Source: Squalus acanthias
Lineage: Eukaryota
DNA: 64,000 nt
Direction of reading: 5' to 3'
Assembly (NCBI GenBank): GCA_030390025.1
Contig: JASTWF010000369.1
Span: 248,001-312,000 of the forward strand
The position numbers and the translations under genes were made by a program. Below, in pieces: positions 43,043 to 53,320 of the stretch (within the stretch, counting starts at the first letter, position 1; every line of letters begins with the position of its first letter). Below the pieces are notes generated by a model. The model did no database searches. It was given only the letters and a program-made list of their open reading frames with translations, and had not been told where the DNA came from.

Positions 43043-44651
43043 ACAATGACTTTCTGGGTCTGAATTATCAGAGACACCCACTACCTGGATCAGAATTAAC
43101 ATAAACACCCACTGCCTGAATATGAATTATCCGAAGGTCGCACTGTCTGTGTCTGAAATATCATTATCAATCACTGCCTCGAGCTTAATTTTCGGAACGG
43201 CACACTGCCTGGATCTGGATTATCAGAAACACACACTGTCTGTCTCTGAATTATCAGAAACACACACTGTCTGCGTCTGAATTATCAGAAACACACACTG
43301 TCTGGTTCTGAAAGATCAAAAACACCCACTGTCTGAGTCTGAATTATCAGAGCACCCACTGTCTGCGTCTGACCTATCTGAGCCAAACAATGTCTGGGTC
43401 TGAATTATCAGAATCACCCACTCTCTGGGCCTGAATTTTCAGAAACGCCAACTGTCTGTGTCTGAATTATCAGAAACAGCCAAAGACGGTGTCTGAATTT
43501 TCAGAAACACCCACTGTCTGGTTGTGAATTAGCAGGAAAAAACACTGCCTGGATCTGAATTATTAGAAACAACCACTGTCTGGCTCTGAAGTATCATAAA
43601 CACCCACTGACTGGATCTAGATTTTCAGAAACATCCACTGTCTGCGTCTGAATTACCAGAACACCCACTGTCTGCGTCTGACATATCAGGAACAAACAAT
43701 TTCTGGGTCTGCATAATCAGAAACACCCACCTTCTGGGTCTGAATGATCAGAAACACCCACAGACTGCGCCTGAATTTTCAGAAACACCCAATCATCGGG
43801 GCTTGACTTATCAGAAAGTACCACTGTCTGGGTCTGAATTATCAGAAACAACTGTCTGGGTCTGATTTATCAGAAACATTGACTTTCTTAAGCTGAATTA
43901 TGAGAGACACCACTGTCTGGGTCTGAATTAACATAAACACCCAGTGCCTGAATATAATTTATTAGCAGATCGCACAGTCTGTGTCTGAATTATCATTATC
44001 ACCCGCTGCCTCGGTCTTAACTTTCGGAACGGCAGACTGCCTGATTCTGAATTATCAGAAACATCCTCTGTATCGGTCTGAATTATCAGAAATAACGACT
44101 ATCTGGTGCTGAATTATCCGAGACACCCACTGTCTGGGTCTGAATTAATATAAACACACACTCTCTGGCTCTGAATTAACACAAACACCCGTTGTGTGGA
44201 TCTTAATTATCCTCGGCTGCCACATTCTGAGTGTGAAATGTCATAAACACCCACTGTCTGGAAGTTAGGTATCAGAAGGATACACGTTTTGTACCTGAAA
44301 TAGCAGAAGCACCCACTCTCTGTGTCTGAATTATCAGAAGGAACGACTGTCTGGGACTGAACATTACGAGATCACCACTGTCTGGGTCTGAATTTTCAGA
44401 AACACCCCTATCTCAGTCAGAATTATCAGAAACAATGACTGTCTGGGGCAGAATTATCTGAGACAGCCACTGTTTGTGTCTGAATTATAAGATAAACCCA
44501 TTGTCTGGGCCTGAATTATCAATAGGTCTCACTGTCTGGGTCTGACCAAGTAGAAGGGCCCGCTGTCTGGCTCTGAATTTTCGGAATGGCCAACTGTCTA
44601 TGTTTGAATTATCAGAAGGACAGCTGTCTGTGTCTGAATTGCCAGAAGGAC

Positions 44652-45228
44652 TAATCATCTAATTGATTTTTTTGATGAAGTAACGGTGGATTAATGAAGG
44701 GAATGCAATGGATGTCGTTTACATGGATTTTCGGAAGGCATTTGACAAAGTACCACATAAAACCTGGTTAATTTATCGAGGCTCATGGAATAGGTGGGTC
44801 AGTGGCAGCTTTGATAAGGAATTGGCTTAAAGACAGAAAACAGCGAGTTCTGGTAAATGGCTGTTTTTCTGTCTGGAGGATGGTAGGCAGTAATGTTCCC
44901 CAAGTGTCAGTGCTGGGAACACCGCTTTTTATATACATATATATATATAAATGACCTGGATATTGAAATACAGAGTATAATTTCTAAATTTGCCAATGAC
45001 ACCATACTTGGGGGTGGGGGTGGCAAACAGGGTAGATGATACCAATCGATTGCAACAGGACATAGAAAGGCTAGCAGTATGGGCAGACAAGTGGCAGATG
45101 GAATTTAATACAGAGAAGAGTGAGGTGAAGCATTTTGGCAGAGGGAACAGGGAGAGGCAATATACACTTAATGGCACAGTTTTAAAGAGTGTGCAGGGTC
45201 AGAGGGACCTGGGAGTTAATGTGCATAA
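44652..45228 (+). mobile_element. Old 5'-truncated CR1 LINE (CR1-A), first part, decayed RT region
   Basis: Broken translation MDVVYMDFRKAFDKVPH ... WLKDRKQRVLVNG ... LQQDIERLAVWADKWQMEFNTEK ... QRDLGVNVH, homologous to ORF2 at 47431-49992; continues at 55567. Confidence 0.92.
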
Positions 45229-45245
45229 GAACATAAGAATATAAG
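45229..45245 (-). mobile_element. 3' microsatellite tail of antisense CR1-B, separated from its body by the ERV
   Basis: CATAAGAACATAAGAATATAAG is the reverse complement of a (CTTATGTT)n CR1 tail; continues as ATAAGAAATAGGAGCAGG at 55070. Confidence 0.8.
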
Positions 45246-45507
45246 TGTTGGTGAAAAATGAATACACTCGAGGCTGTCTCAAAGCAGAAGATCACAGTTT
45301 ATTTAACAGACAGCCCTGAGAGAAGAGTCATATAACCCGCGGTCTACTGATTCACTTCTCGACCTTACAGTGATATTGGAACTTCTTTTATACATTATAG
45401 GGTTGCGTACGCAATTCATTACATACAAATGTCTTCACCCAATCACGTTTCCCCAGCAACAGACTTATAATTATAAACTGCAATTTAAGCAAAAAAAAAT
45501 GCTTAAC
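45246..45507 (-). repeat. ERV 3' LTR, distal part (end of U3, R, U5)
   Basis: Aligns to 54551-54810; minus-strand AATAAA at 45298-45303; interrupted by CR1-C. Confidence 0.92.
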
Positions 45508-45508
45508 G

Positions 45509-45785
45509 AGACCAGCGTCGACAGCGGGGGAGGAGGAGCCTTTCTTTCTTTCTCTCTCCCACAGAGCGGTCGGCAGCGGGGAAGGAGGGGCGGACCTGGT
45601 TGGAGCGGCAGAGGCCTGAGGTGAGTCATTAAAGGGAGGCCCGAGGCTCAGGTAGGCCTCAGACCAGCGTCGACAGCGGGGGAGGAGGAGCCTTTCTTTC
45701 TTTCTCTCTCCCACAGAGCGGTCGGCAGCGGGGAAGGAGGGGCGGACCTGGTTGGAGCGGCAGAGGCCTGAGGTGAGTCATTAAA
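45509..45785 (+). repeat. 152-bp tandem monomers at the CR1-C 5' end (1 full + 1 partial copy)
   Basis: AGACCAGCGTCGACAGCGGGGGAGG...GAGGTGAGTCATTAAA starts at both 45509 and 45661, identical by eye over 125 bp. Confidence 0.93.
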
Positions 45786-45846
45786 CTCACCTACGTGGCC
45801 TTTTTCCCCAGCGGGGAAAGAGCTTCGCGGGCTTTTTCAAAGGCAG

Positions 45847-45880
45847 GGGGCGGGGCCAATTCATTGGTACCCGTATATAG
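45847..45880 (+). promoter_or_regulatory. Putative internal Pol II promoter of CR1-C (GC box, CCAAT, TATA-like)
   Basis: GGGGCGGGG (45847-55), CCAAT (45856-60), reverse CCAAT (45863-67), TATATAG (45874-80), ~185 bp upstream of the ORF1 ATG. Motif evidence only. Confidence 0.5.
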
Positions 45881-46062
45881 GTGGAGCGGTTGCTAAACCC
45901 GAGACACTACACTAGTAGTGACTCCCACCTCCTCTAACGTTTAGGGGTAGAAGGAATTTAAAAGGTAGGTTCGATTTTATATTTTGTTTTCAGGGACTTA
46001 ACTCCTGGACCTAAGATAAATAAGTTTAAATTTTAGTAATAAAGTAACATAAGGGTTAAGTC

Positions 46063-47008
46063 ATGACAGGAAGTCTCGGACCCGTTTCATGCTCCTCCTG
46101 TGCCATGTGGGAAACCAGGGACACTTCCAGTGTCCCTGACAACTACGTGTGCGGGAAGTGTGTCCAGCTGCAGCTCCTGACAGCCCGCATGGCGGTGCTG
46201 GAGCTGCGGGTGGACTCACTCTGGAGCATGCACGATGCCGAGAACTCGGTGAATCGCTCATTTAGTGAGTTGTCCACACCGCAGGTAAAGGCTAGGACAG
46301 ACAGTGAATGGGTGACCAAGAAGCAGGGCAATATCAGGAAGGTAGTGCAGGAGTCCCCTGTGGTCATCTCCCTCCAAAACAGGTATGCCGCTTTGGATAC
46401 TGTTGGGGGAGATGGCCTACCAGGGGAAGGCACCAGCAGCCAGGTTCATGGCACCATGGCTGGCTCTGCTGCACAGCAGGGCGGGAAAAAGAGTGGTAGG
46501 GCTATAGTGATAGGGGACTCAATTGTAAGGGGAATAGACAGGAGTTTCTGTGGCCGCAACCGAGATTCCAGGATGGTATGTTGCCTCCCTGGTGCAAGGG
46601 TCAAGGATGTCTCGGAGCGGCTGCAGAACATTCTGAAGAGGGAGGGTGAACAGCCAGCTGTCGTGGTGCATGTAGGTACCAACGATATAGGTAAAAAGCG
46701 GGAAGAGGTCCTACAAGCAGAATTTAGGGAGCTAGGAGCTAAATTTAAAAAGTAGGACCTCTAAGGTAGTAATCTCTGGATTGCTACCAGGGCCACGTGC
46801 TAATCAGAATAGAGAGAACAGGATAGTGAGATTGAATACGTGGCTTGAGCAGTGGTGCAGGAGGGAGGGATTCAAATTCCTGAGGCATTGGAACCAGTTC
46901 TGGGGGAAGTGGGACCTGTACAAAAGGGACGGTCTGCACTTGGGCAGGACTGGAACCGATGTCCTCGGGGTAATATTTGCTAAAGCAGTTCGGGAGGATT
47001 TAAACTAA
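46063..47008 (+). pseudogene. CR1 ORF1p: zinc finger / leucine zipper + SGNH esterase-like domain; one frameshift near 46744
   Basis: CSSC..CGKC cysteines, heptad Leu stretch, SGNH blocks IGDSIVR, PGA, HVGTND and DGLH. ORFs 46063-46755 and 46781-47008 join as KLKSRTSKVVISGLLP if one T in AAATTTAAAAAGTAGG is removed. Confidence 0.92.
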
Positions 47009-47055
47009 TATGGCAGGGGAATGGGAACCTATGTAGCGAAACAGGGGGAAGTAAT

Positions 47056-49992
47056 ATGCAGTCAGAAACAAATGTTAGAAGGGTGAGAAACAATAGGGGA
47101 AGGCCGAGTAAACAAAGGCAAGAAACACAAAGGGCCATACTAAATCATAAGTCTAAAAGGACAAAGGATGTTAATAAAACAAGCCTAAAGGCTCTGTGTC
47201 TTAATGCAAGGAGTATCCGTAATAAGGTGGATGAATTGACTGTGCAAATAGATGTTAACGGATACGATGTGATTGGGATTACAGAGACGTGGCTCCAGAA
47301 CAATCAAGGCTGGGAACTGAACATCCAGGGGTATTCAACATTCAGAAAGGATAGAATAAAAGGAAAAGGGGGTGGGGTAGCATAGCTGGTTAAAGAGGAG
47401 ATTAATGCAATAGCTAGGAAGGACATCAGCTTGGAGGATGTGGAATCAATATGGGTTGAGCTGCAGAACACCAGAGGGCAGAAAACGTTAGTGGGAGTTG
47501 TGTACAGACCTCCAAACAGCAGTAGTGAGGTGGGGGAGGGTATGAAACAGGAAATCAGAGGTGCGTGCAAAAAAGGCACGGCAGTTATCATGGGTGACTT
47601 TAATATGCATATAGATTGGGCTACTCAAACTGGAAGCAATACGGTGGAGGAGGATTTCCTGGAGTGTTTAAGGGATGGTTTCCTAAACCAATATGTTGAG
47701 GAACCAACTCGAGGGGAGGCCATCCTGGACTGGGTGTTGTGTAATGAGAAGGGACTAATCAGCAATCTTGTGGTACGAGGCCCCCTGGGGAAGAGTGACC
47801 ATAGTATGGTGGAGTTCTACATTAGGATGGAGAAGGAAACAGTTAAGTCAGAGACCATGGTCCAGAACTTAAATAAGGGCAACTTTGAGGGTATGAGGCG
47901 TGAATTGGCGAGGTTAAATTGGCAAGCGATATTTAAGGGGCTATCAGTGGAAGGGCAATGGCAGACATTTAGAGATCGCATGGATGAACTACAACAATTG
48001 TACATCCCGGTCTGGCATAAAAATAAAAAAGGGAAGGTGGCTCAACCATGGCTAACAAAGGAAATCAGGGATAGTATTAAAACCAAGGAAGTTGCATACA
48101 AATTGGCCAGAAGTAGCAGCAAACCCGGGGACTGGGAGAACTTCAAAACTCAGCAGAGGAGGACGAAGGGTTTGATTAGGGCAGGGAAAATAAAATATGA
48201 AAGGAAGCTTGCAGAGAACATTAAAATGGACTGCAAAAGCTTCTATAAATATGTAAAAAGAAAGAGGTTAGTAAAAACAAACGTAGGTCCCCTGCAGTCG
48301 GAAACAGGGGAAGTCGTAATGGGGAACAAGGAAATGGCAGATCAATTGAACAAGTACTTTGGTTCGGTGTTTACTGTGGAGGACACACACAACCTGCCGG
48401 AAATAAAAGGGGTCAGAGGATCTGGTAAGAGGGAGGAGCTGAGGGAAATCCTTATTAGTCGGGAAAAGGTATTGGGGAAATTGATGGGACTGAAGGCTGA
48501 AAAATCCCCGGGGCCTGATGGTCTGCATCCCAGAGTACTTAAGGAGGTGGCCTTGGAAATAGTGGATGCATTGACGATCATTTTCCAACATTCCTTAGAC
48601 TCTGGATCAGTTCCGATGGAGTGGAGGGTGGCCAATGTAACCCCTCTTTTTAAAAAAGGAGGGAGGGAGAAAGCAGGGAATTATAGACCGGTCAGCCTGA
48701 CATCGGTCGTGGGTAAAATGATGGAAGCAATTATTAAAGATGTCATAACAGACCATTTGGAAAGTGGCGACATGATAGGTCCAAGTCAGCATGGATTTGT
48801 GAAAGGGAAATCATGCTTGACAAATCTTCTGGAATTTTTTGAGGATGTTTCCAATAGGGTGGACAGGGGGGAACCAGTAGATGTGGTGTATTTGGACTTT
48901 CAGAAGGCCTTCGACAAGGTCCCACACAAGAGATTGGTGAGCAAAGTTAAAGCACGTGGGATTGGGGGTAATGTGTTGACGTGGATTGAGAACTGGTTGG
49001 CACACAGGAAACAAAGAGTAGGAGTAAATGGGTACTTTTCAGAATGGCAGGCAGTGACCAGCGGGGTACCGCAGGGTTCGGTGCTGGGACCCCAGCTGTT
49101 TACATTATATATTAATGATTTGGACGAAGGGATTAAATGTAATATCTCCAAATTTGCGGATGACACTAAATTGGGAGGCAGTGTGAACAATGAGGAGGAT
49201 GCTAGGAGGCTACAGAGTGACTTGGACAGGTTGGGTGAATGGGCAAATGTATGGCAGATGAAGTACAATGTGGATAAATGTGAGGTTATCCACTTTGGTG
49301 GTAAAAATAGAGAGGCGGACTATTACCTGAATGGTGGCAGATTAGGGAAAGGGGACGCGCAACGAGACCTGGGCGTCATGGTACATCAGTCACTGAAGGT
49401 GGGAATGCAAGTGCAGCAGGCAGTCAAGAAAGCAAACGGAATGATGGCCTTCATAGCAAGGGGATTTGAGTACAGGAGTAGGGAGGTGATGCTACAGTTG
49501 TACAGGGCCTTGGTGAGGCCACACCTGGAGTATTGTGCGCAGTTTTGGTCTCCTAACTTAAGGAAGGACATTCTTGCTATTGAGGGAGTGCAGCGAAGGT
49601 TCACTAGATTGATTCCTGGGATGGCCGGACTGACATATCAAGAAAGATTGGGTCAACTGAACTTGTATCCTCTGGAGTTCAGAAGAATGAGGGGGGATCT
49701 TATAGAGACATTTAAAATCCTGACTGGTTTAGACAAATTAGATGCGGGCAGAATGTTCCCAATGGTAGGGAAAACTAGAACCAGGGGTCACAGTCTAAGG
49801 ATTAAGGGGAAGCCATTTAGGACTGAGCTGAGGAGGAACTTCTTCACCCAGAGAGTGGTGAATCTATGGAATTCTCTTCCACAGAAGGTTGTTGAGGCCA
49901 GTTCGCTAAATATATTCAAAAGGGAGTTAGATATAACACTCACAACTAAGGGGATCAAGGGGTATGGCGAGAAAGCAGGAATAGGGTACTGA
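47056..49992 (+). pseudogene. CR1 ORF2p: APE endonuclease + reverse transcriptase; single in-frame TAG at 47383-47385
   Basis: APE motifs LNARS, ITETW, GGGVA, VYRPP, MGDFN, SDH; RT motifs YRPVSL, LDFQKAFD, GVPQGSVLGP, FADD. ORFs 47056-47385 and 47431-49992 are in the same frame. Confidence 0.96.
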
Positions 49993-50085
49993 GGTAGCAT
50001 GTTCAGCCATGAATGCATTGAATGGCGGTGCAGGCTCGAAGGACCGAATGGTCTACTCCTGTACCTATTTTCTATGTTTCTATGT

Positions 50086-50344
50086 TTCCCTATCGAAACT
50101 ATAAATATCGAAATGTTGTGTTAGCTCTGTCTAGTCGGACTAGCTGGTCATGCGGTGATTGGTTCTCAAGTGTAACCATTGTACCTCACGCATACGCATG
50201 TTGAGCACAGACATTACTCATCGCACTGTGTCAGCGAAACCATTCTGTATTTACGAATTTACCTTAACTTTCACATTGCTGCTTTAACTTACATTCTTTA
50301 ACTTTTACATTGTTGCTTTAAGCCCTATAATTTTTAACCTAACA
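50086..50344 (-). repeat. ERV 3' LTR, proximal (U3) part
   Basis: Aligns to 54811-55069 with about 8 substitutions; ends ...CCTAACA. Confidence 0.94.
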
Positions 50345-50487
50345 GTCCCTCATGTTGGTCCCTGATCAAAACTCCTTTTGTGACAGGGAACCAGCATCAT
50401 ACGGATTTCTGGTAATGTAAGTAGATATGTTTACATTCCAGGGGCTCACAGTCCGTTAGTCAGACTGTGGCATCCTTGTATAGGGAC

Positions 50488-51638
50488 TCATATCCACGCA
50501 TCTCTCTCTCCGGGTGTCACTTGATTAACCATCATGACACTTACAGCAGGCCATGATATCTGAGCGCAACAACATTTTAACAATAGGGCCAGACCAAACA
50601 TCACTAATATTATAACAAAGAACAAAATCAATCCTTGTACTACTGATGTCCCGAGTGATCTCAACCATCCAGTTGCCCAGCCCCAAAGGATGGATGCCGG
50701 AGGTTGTTTTAATTTATTTACTTCTTCCTGTATGTGTTCTGCCAAGTTAGTTATTGCTTCCGAGTTATCTGGTATGTAGGTACAACATTCTGTACCTATT
50801 AGGGCACAGGTTCCCCCTTTTTCCGCCAACACATAGTCAAGGGCCAGCCGATTTTGTAGAGCTACTGTGCGGAGGGCTACCATCTCTGCATTAACCTTAA
50901 CTAAGGCTTCAGCTGTATCGTTGGCCACCTGCTCCAAGACGGAGGCGAGGTTAATGGATTCCCTTGCCAATTTACCCTCTCCATTCTCGGAGCAACCAGT
51001 GATAGGCCCTATGACTGCACACGAAATGAGTCCCGTTGTAGGGGGTATACTTATTTTCCTCTGGGGGGTCCCATTGTACTGAGAACTCACCGCTTCTGTT
51101 TAGTGATGGGAGTTTCACACTACCCGTTTCACAAGGCAAGGCAATGTTATATGTGCAGTTACTGTAGCCCACAATAGGATCTGTCGGTCATCTCCTTCTT
51201 ACTCCTCGTTCTCAGGAACGGTGGTAGATAGGAATCGTTATATGTTGAACGTGTTCACCAACTACAATATTCTGGGTTGTACCCATGACGTCGGAGCTTT
51301 GCTATAGTGCTGCCGTCTGTCTTGGCTTCATAACAGCCCACACTTGTGCATCCTGCTCTAACTCCAAACATCCAACTGGCCGTCTCATCATCACTAAGTG
51401 GGATTGGTTGTAGGGGGACTCCTTCCTCCGAGAGCGTCGGGACATGGGCGGAGACCCAACAGCTGGCAACATCAACTCTCTTGGCATATGTGTATGACAT
51501 ATATACAAAGGTGTTCACCCGTAACCCACTTTTGGCCCGTGGGGGTACTCTAGCCTGAGGCCTCCCGAGGCTACACATTATGATTATACAAACTGGCAAA
51601 ACTACACATGATATTGCGTAACACGTGCATCTTATCAC
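50488..51638 (-). pseudogene. env: ERV env, gamma-type, frameshifted and internally deleted
   Basis: Hydrophobic leader, NTF...CWVS (decayed CWxC)...GVPLQPIPL, PYNGTHFVC..AYHWL; TM with immunosuppressive domain LQNRLALDYVLAEKGG, CX6CC (CALIGTECC) and membrane anchor. Confidence 0.93.
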
Positions 51639-51964
51639 TTTATGTTAACAATGTCCCAAAGGCTATATCGCCAACCGAACCGCTTTGCTGCTTGAAGATT
51701 CTATTTTCCTGTGGGGGTGAATAGAATACTGTCATTAGGCTGGTTCCTCGATAATAATCATTTGGATTCCCTCCTCCTGCTCGACCGGTTGGAGTCGATG
51801 GGATTGCTCCCATACATGCTTCAGGATACTTCCCAGGGACTATACCATTAGAGTAATCCATATTGTCCATACCAACGTTTGTACCAGCACCCATTCCCAT
51901 TCTTTGTATTGTCTAACGTATGCTTCACTTCCCACAAAAGGTACTTGCTCTGGTGTAGCCATTT

Positions 51965-52906
51965 TTAAGCTGGCGAAGGGTCATAGACTTTTAGCTGTGT
52001 CCAGTGCTTCCATCGTCCCATGCCCTTCATATCAATGCAAGCACACGTATCTCCACTAATTAGAATCTGATATGGTCCTGACCATTTTGGGGCAAACCCG
52101 GGTTTCCCTGGTAAACCTTTAACCATTACCTTAGTCCCGGCTGGAGGGATATATGGGAACGCGGTCAATTCTAAATCCTTATCCTTTTCTTCCTGTCTGT
52201 CCCGCGTTTGCTGCACCATTTCCTTTAATTGACTGCTTAATTCGAGGACATACCTTCAGAGCTTATCCTTAGAGGACCCACATCCTCTCCTCCAGTTATT
52301 ATGCCATGGGGGAGGTGCATTACCCTCCCGGTCATTAGCTCATATGGTGATACGCCCGTTGTTCGGTTTGGGGTGGCTCTTAGTTTCATTAAGACTGCTG
52401 GTAGCACATCTAACCACTGTTGACGTTTGTCCCCTAAAGCCTTGGCTACTGCTATTTTCAAGGTTCGGTTCATGCGTTCCCCCATTCCAGAACTTTGGGG
52501 ACGGTACGGAATGTGGAATTTCTGCTTTATGCCCATCCACTTGCATACATTCTTCACTACTGCCCCCGTAAAGTGAGTTCCCTGATCTGAGTCAATTTGG
52601 ATCGGTATTCCCCACCTGGGAATTATTTCCTCTGCCATTATTCGTGCCACGGCGGTGGCAGTACAGTTCCAGGTGGGGAATGCCTCGACCCACATAGTAA
52701 ACTGGTCTATTATTACCAGGCAATACCTCTTACCCCCTGATGTGGGGAGGGATCCGGTGAAGTCTATTTGTATATTTTCTCATGTGCACCTCGGCCGTGG
52801 TTGGTGGCCCATCCGTATCTTAACGGGTCGTCCTGTTTTGAGGTCGTCCATACTGAGTTCATTGCCTTACGCATAATCCCATAGTCTCCTTCCAGTCCCG
52901 GGCCAC
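51965..52906 (-). pseudogene. pol: ERV integrase, with stops and frameshifts
   Basis: IQIDFT...YCLVIIDQFTMWVEAFPT...IDSDQGTHF...PQSSGMGERMNRTLK (DDE core); C-terminal KWSGPYQI motif in 51965-52219. Confidence 0.93.
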
Positions 52907-52989
52907 GAGTTTTGCACTTCCTACTGTTGCCAAATGGCAAAGTGGCTTTCCCCAGTTTACTTTGTTCCCGTCTCCCTGTACCCAAGTTA

Positions 52990-53320
52990 ACTTTTCTTGT
53001 GGTGAATCTATTAACAAATTACATTATTTTAACCAATCTATTCCGAAGATAGTCCCCTCACTGTTTGGGCATACATAAAATTGTGCGGGTAATAGTCGTC
53101 CCGCTCATTACATTACTTGTACCTCACTTTTAAATGCACGTAAACGCTCCCCTCCCAACCCCACTATGTCTATCCTTTGTTTGTTGAGGGGAAGGGGTAA
53201 ATCGGTAATGGATACAGAAGTTCCCGTGTCTATGAACATATCGCACAGCCGGCCTCCTAACAGTGCCGGTACATAGACTCTGGGATCTTCCTTCTCCCTC
53301 TTGATGGAGGCCGCTGCTAG
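52990..53320 (-). pseudogene. pro: ERV aspartic protease
   Basis: Manual translation: DPRVYVPALLGGRLCDMFIDTGTSVSITD...IVGLGG...TIFGIDWL (DTG catalytic motif, flap, G-x-D-x-L motif). Confidence 0.88.

Larger units (their letters stand above)
1..44651. repeat. 31-bp tandem satellite array (consensus CAGAAACACCCACTGTCTGGGTCTGAATTAT), head-to-tail, continues off the left edge; interrupted by two MITEs
   Basis: Continuous ~31-bp periodicity with a conserved TCTGAATTATCAGAAA core and variable intervening bases; occasional 28-bp deletion monomers (CAGAAACAACTGTCTGGG...). The short ORFs here are just translations of the repeat (SELSETPTV / LNYQKHP). Confidence 0.98.
45508..50085 (+). mobile_element. 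Full-length, young CR1-clade LINE (CR1-C; similar to shark HER1-type LINEs) inserted in the ERV 3' LTR
   Basis: GC-rich 5' UTR, ORF1, ORF2, short 3' UTR (CAGCCATGA...GAATGGCGG...GGCTCGAAGG) ending in TTTCTATGTTTCTATGT; LTR sequence on both sides joins nearly seamlessly, no TSD. Confidence 0.96.

Noticed and set aside
42211..43049. ORFs within the second MITE
   Set aside because: No transposase motifs and not matched by ORFs in the homologous first MITE.
1..44651. CRISPR array (palindromic ~16-bp core with variable intervening sequence)
   Set aside because: Intervening ~14-bp parts are homologous variants of one consensus, not unique spacers; no cas genes; vertebrate retroelement context.
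1..44651. Heat-shock element arrays in GAATTTTCAGAA variants
   Set aside because: Third GAA is one base out of the nGAAnnTTCnnGAAn register.
45565..45660. Hammerhead or HDV-like ribozyme in the CR1 5' monomer
   Set aside because: Stems exist but I could not find the CUGANGA/GAAA core or a nested double pseudoknot by eye; an Infernal search would settle it.
47304..50018. Antisense ORFs over CR1 ORF2
   Set aside because: Shadow frames of a long coding sequence with no recognisable motifs.
50488..51090. Syncytin-like captured env gene
   Set aside because: SU is frameshifted, the cleavage site and fusion peptide are absent, and the ORF's N-terminal ~40 aa are out-of-frame SU sequence.
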